In this document: positions 1 to 7,940 of the stretch, one piece after another
Layout of the letters: each line of letters opens with the position of its first letter
Position numbering within the stretch: position 1 is the first letter of the stretch
Assembly: GCA_031316235.1 (NCBI GenBank)
Contig: JALDRA010000001.1
Coordinates: 930,001 to 962,000, forward strand
From: Candidatus Scalindua sp.
GTDB taxonomy: Bacteria > Planctomycetota > Brocadiia > Brocadiales > Scalinduaceae
Reading direction: 5' to 3'
Length of the DNA: 32,000 nucleotides
Program-made: the position numbers and the translations under genes
The notes under the pieces: generated by a model
The model's input: the letters and a program-made list of their open reading frames with translations, nothing else
Databases searched by the model: none
What the model was told of the DNA's origin: nothing

Positions 1-1454
1 TAGTAGTCGTCTCCTCCGAGATCGATGATTACGGCAGCATCTTCATAATAGCAGGTGGCCCCCGGACCACCCACCACGATCTTTCCTATCCCCCTGGCCT
101 CCTGAATAAAGAGCACATCACCTCCAAACCCTGATCCCCTCAGGCTTTCATCTCTCCCGTTTCCCGGACCGGGAGTATTGGTCTTGTCAAACAGTGTCTT
201 CGAGTCAGGAATATCAAATGGCTGGAGTTCTCTGTCTTCAGTTTCAATATTCAGAAACGGTTGCAGAGGAATTGATTCAGCAACCGTAAGGCAGCTCTTC
301 ATGAGCAGTGACATATCGATCTTTACAACCGTTTCGAGAAACTTTTCAATAGTCTCGGATTCCACCGTTTCGGAATGGAGCCACAACCGATGAGATATGT
401 CGTAGAGAAATGATAACTCAGATGGTGTCAATCTGCTGAAAGATTCTTTCCTCAACTCAGCCCCCGTAAGTATTGCTCCCATGATATCGTCTGCCAGTTT
501 CTGCAACGAATGCCTGGTATCAGCACACTCTCTCAGCGCCCCATCATCACCCGCTGGTAAAGCTCTCTTTCCCGTATCTGTCTGCCTTGATGTTAACGGC
601 TCAAATGGTACCAGGTCAAGGAGTCTCACTCCATAAGAGAGTGGATGGAGGAGTGATCTCCCGGTAAGCTGCTTATGGATAATGTCACTATAGCAGGGAA
701 CATCGAGGGGACGTGAGATGAGCTGATCGATCAGGCTTAACCGAAAGATATTGATGCCGCTTTTCATGTGGTAACTCTCACGCACCAGCGTCTCTTCACC
801 AATCCTCTGCATTGACTTGAGAAATATATCCTTAAACCTTTCGTCCCTGAGAATAAAAGAAAAAAACGATTCTTCCCCGTTAACGTTCCGCTCTTCTTTT
901 TTCTCCCTCATTTCATCCACCACACATGAAGAGGATGAGGTGTCTATCTGATGTTGACCCGTTCTGTTTCCGGTAGTGAGTAATTTTGCAATTAACCTTG
1001 GCTGAAACACTAACCGAGTCTCACCCCTCAGGACAGACAGCCTCATGATACTGTCTCTGCCCGATTCCTCCATATCCCTCTTGAACAGGATAAGGTTTTC
1101 ATCATCACCGTTTAATTCTCTCCCGTTAACCTCTGTGATAATATCTCCAGTCTGCAGACCGCAGGAGTGTGCGGGAGATCCCTTGATTACCCCTTCTACA
1201 CGAAGACCCCTGCCCTTCTGGTTTCCCATAAATATCCCGAGCCATCCCTTATTAAGATCAACCCTGCTTTTCTGAAATGCGTACTCTTTCTGATCAAAGA
1301 AATTCTCTGGAGAAAATTTCCGCTCTTTTACGGATACTGCTCTCTCCCGCGGAACAGTTTCATGGGCCTGCACTTCACGATCCAGCAGGAAACCCCAGAG
1401 CATCATGAGACAACTGAAGAGGTGAACAGGGAAATGAAATCGCATGTGCATCAT
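1..1454 (-). CDS. Secreted PDZ-domain protein; 3' end runs off the window
   Basis: By manual translation, the minus-strand frame has no stop from 1616 down to position 3. It is absent from the ORF track because no stop lies in the window. ATG ATG at 1454/1451 follows AAGGG. The N-terminus MMHMRFHFPVHLFSCLMMLWGFLL looks like a signal peptide, and GLRVEGVIKGSPAHSCGLQTGDIITEVNGREL is a typical PDZ segment. An alternative ATG lies at 1523. Confidence 0.7.
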   Translation of the reverse strand, partial: MMHMRFHFPVHLFSCLMMLWGFLLDREVQAHETVPRERAVSVKERKFSPENFFDQKEYAFQKSRVDLNKGWLGIFMGNQKGRGLRVEGVIKGSPAHSCGLQTGDIITEVNGRELNGDDENLILFKRDMEESGRDSIMRLSVLRGETRLVFQPRLIAKLLTTGNRTGQHQIDTSSSSCVVDEMREKKEERNVNGEESFFSFILRDERFKDIFLKSMQRIGEETLVRESYHMKSGINIFRLSLIDQLISRPLDVPCYSDIIHKQLTGRSLLHPLSYGVRLLDLVPFEPLTSRQTDTGKRALPAGDDGALRECADTRHSLQKLADDIMGAILTGAELRKESFSRLTPSELSFLYDISHRLWLHSETVESETIEKFLETVVKIDMSLLMKSCLTVAESIPLQPFLNIETEDRELQPFDIPDSKTLFDKTNTPGPGNGRDESLRGSGFGGDVLFIQEARGIGKIVVGGPGATCYYEDAAVIIDLGGDDY

Positions 1455-1627
1455 TAAATCAATACCCTTACAGAACGTTTCAGTGATATAAAAAGATATA
1501 TACCCATCAGGTAAATCATACATTACAGGGCTGGTTTCCCCGCCTGAATGACAAGCCTGCCAGGCCAGACGGGTCAAATAATAAAACACAAATAACAAAC
1601 AAATTCCAATTAATTGTCAAGCAAAAT

Positions 1628-1793
1628 CAACAGTGTCCGGTTAGGTTTTTGCGTAGGCGGCATTTGTCATACCCGAGCGTCTTTATCGGGCATCCAGAGA
1701 TTCGTTTCATCATAGATTCCCGCTAAAAACATGCGGGAATGACAGTTTTGGGGCAATAAATTAAATATGCAAAAACCTAACCGGACACTGTTG
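1628..1793. mobile_element. Family-D MITE (166 bp) with perfect 25-bp TIRs and a 9-bp target-site duplication
   Basis: 1628-1652 CAACAGTGTCCGGTTAGGTTTTTGC is the exact reverse complement of 1769-1793. AAGCAAAAT flanks both sides (1619-1627 and 1794-1802). Two internal hairpins lie at about 1666-1695 and 1715-1743. There is no credible ORF. Confidence 0.85.
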
Positions 1794-1926
1794 AAGCAAA
1801 ATAGAAATGTCCGAACAATCTTTTTCTGATCGTTCCCGTCTGCTGACAGGGAGGCGAACAGGGAAATTTGTAATTTGAGATTTGTATGCCTCAGCATTGC
1901 ACGCAGACAGGTGTCTTTGCCGAGAA

Positions 1927-1963
1927 TATACTAAAAACCGATCTGGTTTTCGGTTTTAGTATA
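1927..1963. repeat. 37-bp mini-palindrome built from two family-A right ends
   Basis: TATACTAAAAACCGATCTGGTTTTCGGTTTTAGTATA. Both arms match the A-element terminus ...CCGAAAACCAAATCGGTTTTAGTATA. Confidence 0.6.
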
Positions 1964-2061
1964 CCTGGACATTACAGAATTACTCCTGTAACAAAGCAGA
2001 TGATTAGTTTTCCTTCTGCCGTGCAATAAGATACTTGACCTTTCTCTCTCCTTACGGTATG

Positions 2062-2176
2062 TATACTCAAATCGATTCGGTTTTATATTTTTCTAAAAAG
2101 CAAAGCCCGGGTGCGGGTATCCCGGGACAAAACCAGGCGCCGAGGACTTTACCCGCTCTGTTTTTTCCCGGATTTT
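2062..2176 (-). repeat. Family-A repeat, truncated copy abutting family-B copy
   Basis: It aligns with the copy at 6873-7015 (GTATACT..CGATT.GGTTTT...CGCCGAGGACTTTAC.CGCTC...CGGATTTT). It lacks the TATGAGATGAGTATA end and stops where the B terminal repeat GAACGAAAAC starts. Confidence 0.6.
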
Positions 2177-2290
2177 GAACGAAAACTTCCGAGGTACAAG
2201 GCACGAAATAATTATGTAACCGGAGCGTACTCAAGTACGTGAGGATTACGTCATTATTGCAGCAAGCTCCTAGATGGGAAGTTTTCGTTC
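2177..2290 (+). repeat. Family-B palindromic MITE-like repeat (114 bp)
   Basis: The ends GAACGAAAACTTCC (2177-2190) and GGAAGTTTTCGTTC (2277-2290) are exact reverse complements. The core CCGGAGCGTACTCAAGTACGTGAGGATTAC is shared with copies at 6133, 21899 and 28329. Confidence 0.8.
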
Positions 2291-2345
2291 ACACACTATA
2301 TAGCATTTTCACACAAAAAAAGAATTTCATACAAAGGCAAGAACC

Positions 2346-3122
2346 ATGCAATTAATGAAGAGAACTGCAATAAGAGCAGCAAAGGAAGCAGGAAAAATAA
2401 TCTTGGCGTATTATTCGAAGAGCGTGACTGCTCACAAGAAGGGAGACACCTATAATCTGGTTACCGCCGCCGATATTGCCGCCGATAAAGCAATTATCAG
2501 GATAATAAAAGAACGGTTTCCCACTCATTCTCTCTTAACCGAAGAGTCCGGAGAAGAGACAAACAGATCCGATTACTGCTGGATAATTGATCCGCTGGAC
2601 GGTACAAATAATTTTTATCACAGATTCCCCATGTTTTGTGTATCAATTGCACTCTATAAAAAAGGACGCCCGCTCATCGGAGTCGTATACGATCCTGTTA
2701 AGAAGGAGTTATTTTACGCCGAAAAAAAAGGAGGCGCATACCTTAATAACAAAAGAATCGAAGTATCAAACGCAAACAAGCTCGACAAATCCCTGCTCTC
2801 ATTGGGATTCTATTATGAGCGGGGAACCCTGATGAGAAAAAGTCTCGATCAGATGAAGAGGTTTTTCTATGAAAACGTTCACGGCATCAGAAGGACAGGC
2901 TCCGCCGCATTAGATCTCTGTTATACCGCCTGCGGAAGATTTGACGGATACTGGGAGTTAAAACTGAATCCCTGGGATTATGCAGCCGGCAGTCTCATAG
3001 TAATGGAAGCAGGCGGAAAGATTACGGATATCCAGGGAAAAACGTACGATATCATGATGAAAAACATTGTCGCTTCAAATGGGAAAATCCACAAAAACAT
3101 GTTAAAGATTCTGGAAAAATGA
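2346..3122 (+). CDS. suhB: Inositol monophosphatase family protein (SuhB/IMPase-FBPase type)
   Basis: 258-aa ORF carrying the IMPase signatures LLTEESG, WIIDPLDGTNNF and GSAALDLCYTACGRFDGYWE. Confidence 0.9.
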   Translation: MQLMKRTAIRAAKEAGKIILAYYSKSVTAHKKGDTYNLVTAADIAADKAIIRIIKERFPTHSLLTEESGEETNRSDYCWIIDPLDGTNNFYHRFPMFCVSIALYKKGRPLIGVVYDPVKKELFYAEKKGGAYLNNKRIEVSNANKLDKSLLSLGFYYERGTLMRKSLDQMKRFFYENVHGIRRTGSAALDLCYTACGRFDGYWELKLNPWDYAAGSLIVMEAGGKITDIQGKTYDIMMKNIVASNGKIHKNMLKILEK

Positions 3123-3227
3123 ATTGCTGACAGGCAAAAACTGCACCGCTTTCAGTTCCCGGGGGTTACCGGCAGGTACCGCATATTTTCTGTTTTCCCA
3201 GGAAAACCGGAAAGAAATGACACCCTA

Positions 3228-6020
3228 TCAAGCATCCATCGTAATAGGCCCCTTGAAATCTTTTATCTCTCTTTTGCATTGGTTCAGGGTTGCGGGGTGA
3301 CAGGTAAACATGATGACCTGGTGTTCACCGGCAACTTCGTTAATGAGCCCCAGGGTTGCCTTCGCCCTTTTAGGATCAAAGTTTACGAGTATATCGTCAA
3401 CGATCAGGGGAAGCGGCCCGACCCTGTCTGCGTATTCCTTTATAAAGGCTAATCTCATCGAAAGATAGAGCTGTTCGGCAGTACCCTTGCTCAGTGAAGC
3501 GACACTCTTCTGCTGCCCTTCAGGTGTCTCGACCACCAGCATGTTATCATCGGCCTTCTTAATTACGCGAGAGTACCGTCCCTCAGTAATCTTACCAAAA
3601 TATTCCCCGGCAAACCTGAGAACAAATGGCTGTCTCTCCCTTTCGTAAATCTTCATTGCACCATCGAGAAGTTTGTAACAGAGCGCGCTTACGGACCACT
3701 CATCTATTGATTCCCGTAATCTCGCCTTCAGGTTCTCCTCTTCGAACCTCAACTCAGACAACCTCTCCTTTTTCTCCAATTCTGACAATTGATTTTTCTT
3801 CGCACCGATATCCTGGGTACAGCTGGCAAGCTCTTCTTCCATCTGCGATATCTCGTTTTCTAATCCCGGAAGGGAGCTATCCGTCAATGACGGATCTGTC
3901 TCACTCGCAACCTCTTCCCTGAACCTTTCAACCTCTTCCGGTTTACCAATCAGCCTTGCAAGCTGTATCTCAATGGCGCTCTTTCTCTCTGTCAAAGACT
4001 CCCTCTTCTTCACGATACCGGAAAACATCAGAAACTCCTCAACATCCGCTGCCCCACCCTGTTTTATTAAATCCTGAATAGAACCCTCACTCTCTTGTAT
4101 CATAGCCAGGGTCGTCTTTTCGGTAACTCCAACTTCCTCTCTCTTTTCTTCCAGGCGATCTTTCCTCTCCTTCAACATCTTCTGTCGTTTTAACATATCA
4201 TCAATCTTGAAGATTGATTGTGAAAGATTGTCCAGTTCTGCAGGGAGTAGGCCACACAGATGCAAGAGATTGTTCAGGCGGGCAAGATATGTATGGGCTC
4301 TCTTCTTAACAGATACAAGTTTGGATTCTGCATCCCTCCTTTTTCCGATAATGGCTTTGGTTTTCTTAATAGCTTCAACCAGATCAACAATACCATTCCG
4401 ATCAAGCGCCTCATTAAGACCATGATTCCGAAGCCACCCCTGCCATTGCTCCAAAACTCTCTTATATATCCCCCTTGCACCCTCAAATGACTTTTCAGCC
4501 TCTCCAATTGCCCTCTCCCGCGCATCCATAACACGCATCTGTTGCTCCCTTGATTCCGCTTTGTAAGCCCTCGGCACCATATTGTAGAGGTAGTAGAGGC
4601 CAGCCATGACAAGAAGGCCAACGATCAAGGATATAATGCCCGAGATCGGCTTATACGTTATCCAAAAGAGTGCACCTAACAAGATTACAACCGGTACGCC
4701 AAAGATCAGAAAAAACTTGAACTTAATCGTCGGTCTCACTCTCTCTAAGTTGCTGGCATACGCCTCTAATTCCTTAAGAGATTCATCCCTGTTTCTCTCT
4801 GCCTGATTATAGATCTCTTCGGCCTTCTCGACAGTAACCTCAGCATCTGAAAGTTGGTCGGTAATGAGCCGGATATTCTGCAATGTTTCATTTCCCACAT
4901 TTATTGCCATTACACGATCCTCGTCCCAATCTGCTCCGAGATCGGCAAGAGCGTCTGATATTTCTCCCTGGAGCAGATTCACGTTCGACTCTATTTCGTC
5001 CCTCCTCCTCAGATTTTCTCTTTCGGCGGTCCAATCATTGACTAAAGAGATTATAGATACCTCCTCCTCCAGGACCTCATTTGCGATAGTCAATTGATCA
5101 ATTTGGGTTTGCACTATTTCGGATTGGTTGCGGCACTCCTGAAGTTCTCGTTTTTTTTCCGAAAGAGATTCTTCGTATTTCTCCAATCTCTTCACCCCTT
5201 CTTCCGGAAAATTTTCGACCTCTAAAAGAGAGGCAAGCTGTCTCTCTATCTCCACTAACTCATGAACATTGTCCCTGCCCGCCCTTAGTCTCGCAGAACG
5301 TTCCCTCTCTCTTCTCTTAATATTAATATCCTGGGTAACTCTCTGTTGCTCCTGTTTCAGGTTGTCAATCTCTAAAACGGTCGATTTGTACAACTCATGA
5401 TCTCTCTTTATATCTGAGATCTCAGACCGGATCCTCTCCAGCGCCTTTACTATTTTTGGTACAACCTGCGCTGATCCCCCCTGCTTATAGAGTCTGTTTC
5501 TCTTCTCCGCTACGATCTTTAGAATCTCCGGCAGGGTAACATCACCCACTCCCGTACCTGCTGAGTAGATGTGTGCACCGATCTCGTCGTTTTCCAGCGT
5601 GTCCAATCTCTGAAGCTCTGATAGACTAAAGACGAAGACCGATCTGTATATGTTCTCACTTACGCCATGAAGGATATGCTGAAGGCTCCTTTTGGCATTT
5701 TCTCCGCACAATTGAGCACCATCCTCTACTATTACTTCTCCCGAAAGGGTACGGCCGGGTCTTAAGACAACTGAGACCCCCTTTCCATCGGTTGTTTCAA
5801 TCTCCACCCTTCCGCCATGAACCCCGCCCGCTAAAGGTTCATAACGATCAATGGCCTCTCTCCGCCCCGGAAACCCAAAGAATATGGCCCGGAAGAAAGA
5901 CATGAGTGTCGATTTGCCCGCCTCATTGGGACCAAAAAAGAGGTTAAAGCCGGGTTCAAGAGTAAATTCCCGGTTATGAAACTTTCCGTATCCGTCTATG
6001 TACACCTTTAAGAATCTCAT
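3228..6020 (-). CDS. YhaN/SbcC-Rad50-like AAA ATPase (930 aa) with a central double transmembrane segment
   Basis: N-terminal Walker A is FFGPNEAGKST. The middle is long, heptad-rich and charged. C-terminal motifs are LSKGTAEQLYLSMRLAF (signature-like), LPLIVDDILVNFD (Walker B) and MFTCH. The hydrophobic run FFLIFGVPVVILLGALFWITYKPISGIISLIVGLLVMAGLYYLY is encoded around 4580-4733. Confidence 0.85.
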   Translation of the reverse strand: MRFLKVYIDGYGKFHNREFTLEPGFNLFFGPNEAGKSTLMSFFRAIFFGFPGRREAIDRYEPLAGGVHGGRVEIETTDGKGVSVVLRPGRTLSGEVIVEDGAQLCGENAKRSLQHILHGVSENIYRSVFVFSLSELQRLDTLENDEIGAHIYSAGTGVGDVTLPEILKIVAEKRNRLYKQGGSAQVVPKIVKALERIRSEISDIKRDHELYKSTVLEIDNLKQEQQRVTQDINIKRRERERSARLRAGRDNVHELVEIERQLASLLEVENFPEEGVKRLEKYEESLSEKKRELQECRNQSEIVQTQIDQLTIANEVLEEEVSIISLVNDWTAERENLRRRDEIESNVNLLQGEISDALADLGADWDEDRVMAINVGNETLQNIRLITDQLSDAEVTVEKAEEIYNQAERNRDESLKELEAYASNLERVRPTIKFKFFLIFGVPVVILLGALFWITYKPISGIISLIVGLLVMAGLYYLYNMVPRAYKAESREQQMRVMDARERAIGEAEKSFEGARGIYKRVLEQWQGWLRNHGLNEALDRNGIVDLVEAIKKTKAIIGKRRDAESKLVSVKKRAHTYLARLNNLLHLCGLLPAELDNLSQSIFKIDDMLKRQKMLKERKDRLEEKREEVGVTEKTTLAMIQESEGSIQDLIKQGGAADVEEFLMFSGIVKKRESLTERKSAIEIQLARLIGKPEEVERFREEVASETDPSLTDSSLPGLENEISQMEEELASCTQDIGAKKNQLSELEKKERLSELRFEEENLKARLRESIDEWSVSALCYKLLDGAMKIYERERQPFVLRFAGEYFGKITEGRYSRVIKKADDNMLVVETPEGQQKSVASLSKGTAEQLYLSMRLAFIKEYADRVGPLPLIVDDILVNFDPKRAKATLGLINEVAGEHQVIMFTCHPATLNQCKREIKDFKGPITMDA

Positions 6021-6028
6021 GAATTATA

Positions 6029-6087
6029 TACCGATAATTTTCAAAACTGTTGCCCCGCATTCCTGCGCGTTAGCCTCTTCACGATTC
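6029..6087 (+). repeat. Family-E 59-bp direct repeat, copy 1
   Basis: TACCGATAATTTTCAAAACTG...CACGATTC aligns without gaps to 7023-7081. I counted 43 of 59 identical positions by hand. Confidence 0.6.
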
Positions 6088-6132
6088 CTGAATTTTTACC
6101 TACAGCAATCAGTACTTGAACAGAGTCCCTGT

Positions 6133-6264
6133 GGTTGAACCAAAACAGCCCAGGTACAAGGCACGTAATAATTCTGTAACCGGAACATACGCGCACATGG
6201 GTGCCTGAGTACGTGAGGATTGCGGAATTATTACAGCACCGTCGTAGATGGGTAGTTTTTGTTG
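6133..6264 (+). repeat. Family-B repeat (with a small internal duplication)
   Basis: It runs from GGTTGAACCAAAACAGCCCAGGTACAAGGCACGTAATAATTCTGTAACCGG to TTACAGCACCGTCGTAGATGGGTAGTTTTTGTTG, in the same orientation as the 2177 and 21695 copies. Confidence 0.8.
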
Positions 6265-6369
6265 CCGAAAAACGGCTAGAAAATTCGACCAGACAACTTA
6301 CAAGTAAGAAAATGAGACAAGAACTTGGCCTGAAGCATTGAATATTAATCAACAAAATCTTAGATGTTT

Positions 6370-6696
6370 TTAAGTTTGATAAATTATTTCACCTGTTGTT
6401 AATATATCATTCACAAAGCTTGCTTTTTCATAATTATTTAATTCTTCAGCATAAAATAACGTGGGCTCAATTCTAACATCTACTCTTCTCACTAATTTAA
6501 ATAACAGAGCCGATTGTTCAACATAATCTAATCCCTTCCCATCTTTTTCAACAAATATGGCAATATCTATGTCACTATTTTTTGTTGAAGTACCTTTTAC
6601 CTGCGAACCAAAAAGAATAACAAGCTTTACATTAAAATTTTGTTTTAATGATTCTATATAATTTTCTAATTTTGCTTTAATTTCTTTTTTATCCAT
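6370..6696 (-). CDS. Minimal nucleotidyltransferase (MNT-type antitoxin-like)
   Basis: 108 aa with the nucleotidyltransferase motif LFGSQVKGTSTKNSDIDIAIF (GS-X9-11-DxD). It overlaps the 3' end of the HEPN fragment, as in HEPN/MNT pairs. Confidence 0.85.
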   Translation of the reverse strand: MDKKEIKAKLENYIESLKQNFNVKLVILFGSQVKGTSTKNSDIDIAIFVEKDGKGLDYVEQSALLFKLVRRVDVRIEPTLFYAEELNNYEKASFVNDILTTGEIIYQT

Positions 6697-6872
6697 TTTT
6701 GCAGTTCCTTTGTTTCTTTTAGAATAGCTTCACATTTTTCTTGAGTTAAACTTTTCAAAAGTTCCTCTTTATATTTTGGATAACGAGCCTCAATATTCAA
6801 CGGCATTAGTTTTTCTAACAATGACATCTGGTTTTCTGAAAGCTTATCCAGTAATTCAAGTTTTTCAGCAAG
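6666..6872 (-). pseudogene. HEPN-domain gene fragment, 5'-truncated by a family-A repeat
   Basis: Only the C-terminal HEPN part is present (LLEKLMPLNIEARYPKYKEELLKSLTQEKCEAILKETKELQKWI; compare GRYPDAFPEG in the 23728-24118 copy). The first ~23 codons of track ORF 6666..6941 are encoded by repeat sequence 6873-6941. Confidence 0.7.
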
Positions 6873-7015
6873 TATACTAAAACCGATTTGGTTTTCGGTT
6901 TTACCGGAAACCAAATCCTGGTTGCTGGTATCCCCGGACAAAAAAACGCCGAGGACTTTACTCGCTCAATGTTATCTCGGATTTTATCCGAAAACTATTA
7001 TGAGATGAGAATATA
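6873..7015 (-). repeat. Family-A repeat, full length (143 bp)
   Basis: It runs from TATACTAAAACCGATTTGGTTTTCGGTTTTACCGGAAACCAAATCC to TCGGATTTTATCCGAAAACTATTATGAGATGAGAATATA and is the reverse complement of the 13533-13672 copy. Confidence 0.85.
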
Positions 7016-7022
7016 AATTTTT

Positions 7023-7081
7023 TACCGCTAATTTTCAAGATTTTTGTCCCCTGCTTCTGCGCGTCCGTCTTTTTACGGTTC
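7023..7081 (+). repeat. Family-E 59-bp direct repeat, copy 2
   Basis: TACCGCTAATTTTCAAGATTT...TACGGTTC aligns to 6029-6087. Weaker similarity continues for about 20 bp. Confidence 0.6.
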
Positions 7082-7322
7082 AAGTTTGAATCTACGATAA
7101 TGATGTTTTAACGTATATTTCATAAAGAAGAGCTAAAAAACAAGAAATTGTCGGCTCAGGGCCCTTAGAGACTAAATCAACCAACTTCTCGGATAGTAAG
7201 CTCAGAAGGTCTTTTCGTACAAGGTATAAGGATGGAATTTAGTTGCTTTAGATGGATGATAGTGTTAGCATTTTTCTTGTATCCTTCCTTTGCATAACGA
7301 TTTGGCATGATAGGTATCTTGC

Positions 7323-7940
7323 TTGATAATCAATCAAGATGAGAAATTGATCCTTGAGAACTACGCTCCGCCTTGTGTTATTATCAACGAAAAGCATGAA
7401 ATTCTCTTTTTTTATGGACAGACAGAGAGATACTTATCGCCACCAACAGGAGTCGCCAGCTTCAATATCTTAAAGATGGTACGTGAAGACCTGCGTTACC
7501 CACTTACGATAGCACTTCAGAAAGCGATCAAACAGAGGACGGAGATTGTAACAGAGAGGCTAAAAACAAGATACGCAGAGAATTATGCAAAAGCGATTTT
7601 CGATACTATACGGGAGCCCCTTTTGGTGTTAGATGAGGAGCTGAAAGTTGTCTCTGCGAATAGATCATTTTACTCTGTATTCCACGTTACCGTTAAAGAA
7701 ACCAGGGGAAATTACCTCTATAATCTGGGTAACAACCAATGGGATCTCCCTGAGTTCAGAGAGTTGCTGGAAAAAATTCTCTCTGACAAAAGTGTATTTA
7801 ATAATTTTAAGATTGAACGTGAGTTTCCATCAGTAGGACAAAAAACCGTGCTCTTGAATGCACGTCAATTACTCTATCGTAATAAGAAGTTTATTCTCCT
7901 TGCCTTTGAGGATGTCACTCTTAACAGTAAGAGCATATGA
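7323..7940 (+). CDS. Stand-alone double-PAS fragment, of the type found after the CheB-CheR domains in CheB/CheR-fusion sensors
   Basis: 205 aa with a TTG start directly after an in-frame TAG (7311-7313). ENYAPPCVIINEKHEILFFYGQTERYLSPPTG..FNILKMVREDLR and REPLLVLDEELKVVSANRSFYSVFHVTVKETRGNYLYNLGNNQWDLPEFRELLEKIL match my recollection of those sensors. Its stop overlaps the next ATG (ATGA at 7937-7940). Confidence 0.6.
   Translation: MIINQDEKLILENYAPPCVIINEKHEILFFYGQTERYLSPPTGVASFNILKMVREDLRYPLTIALQKAIKQRTEIVTERLKTRYAENYAKAIFDTIREPLLVLDEELKVVSANRSFYSVFHVTVKETRGNYLYNLGNNQWDLPEFRELLEKILSDKSVFNNFKIEREFPSVGQKTVLLNARQLLYRNKKFILLAFEDVTLNSKSI

Noticed and set aside
1667-1897. 76-aa minus-strand ORF
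   Set aside because: It lies almost entirely inside the family-D MITE and its flank. It has no RBS and no motif, so it is a by-product of repeat sequence.
3192-3207. GTTTTCC-CA-GGAAAAC hairpin between convergent suhB and yhaN as a terminator
   Set aside because: The stem is short, the loop is too tight and there is no clear U-tract.
3626-5097. Several 66-115-aa ORFs within and antisense to yhaN (and similar ones inside the kinase, activator, htrA, gpmI and ychF genes)
   Set aside because: They overlap confidently assigned long genes, lack RBSs and have biased composition typical of antisense or shadow frames.
6041-6355. 104-aa minus-strand ORF upstream of yhaN
   Set aside because: It runs through the E repeat and the family-B repeat. 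It is Cys/Ser/Arg-rich and low in complexity, with no RBS.
7305-7324. TGGCATGATAGGTATCTTGC as a sigma-54 promoter for the PAS/kinase genes
   Set aside because: The spacing between the GG and TTGC is 5 nt too long.
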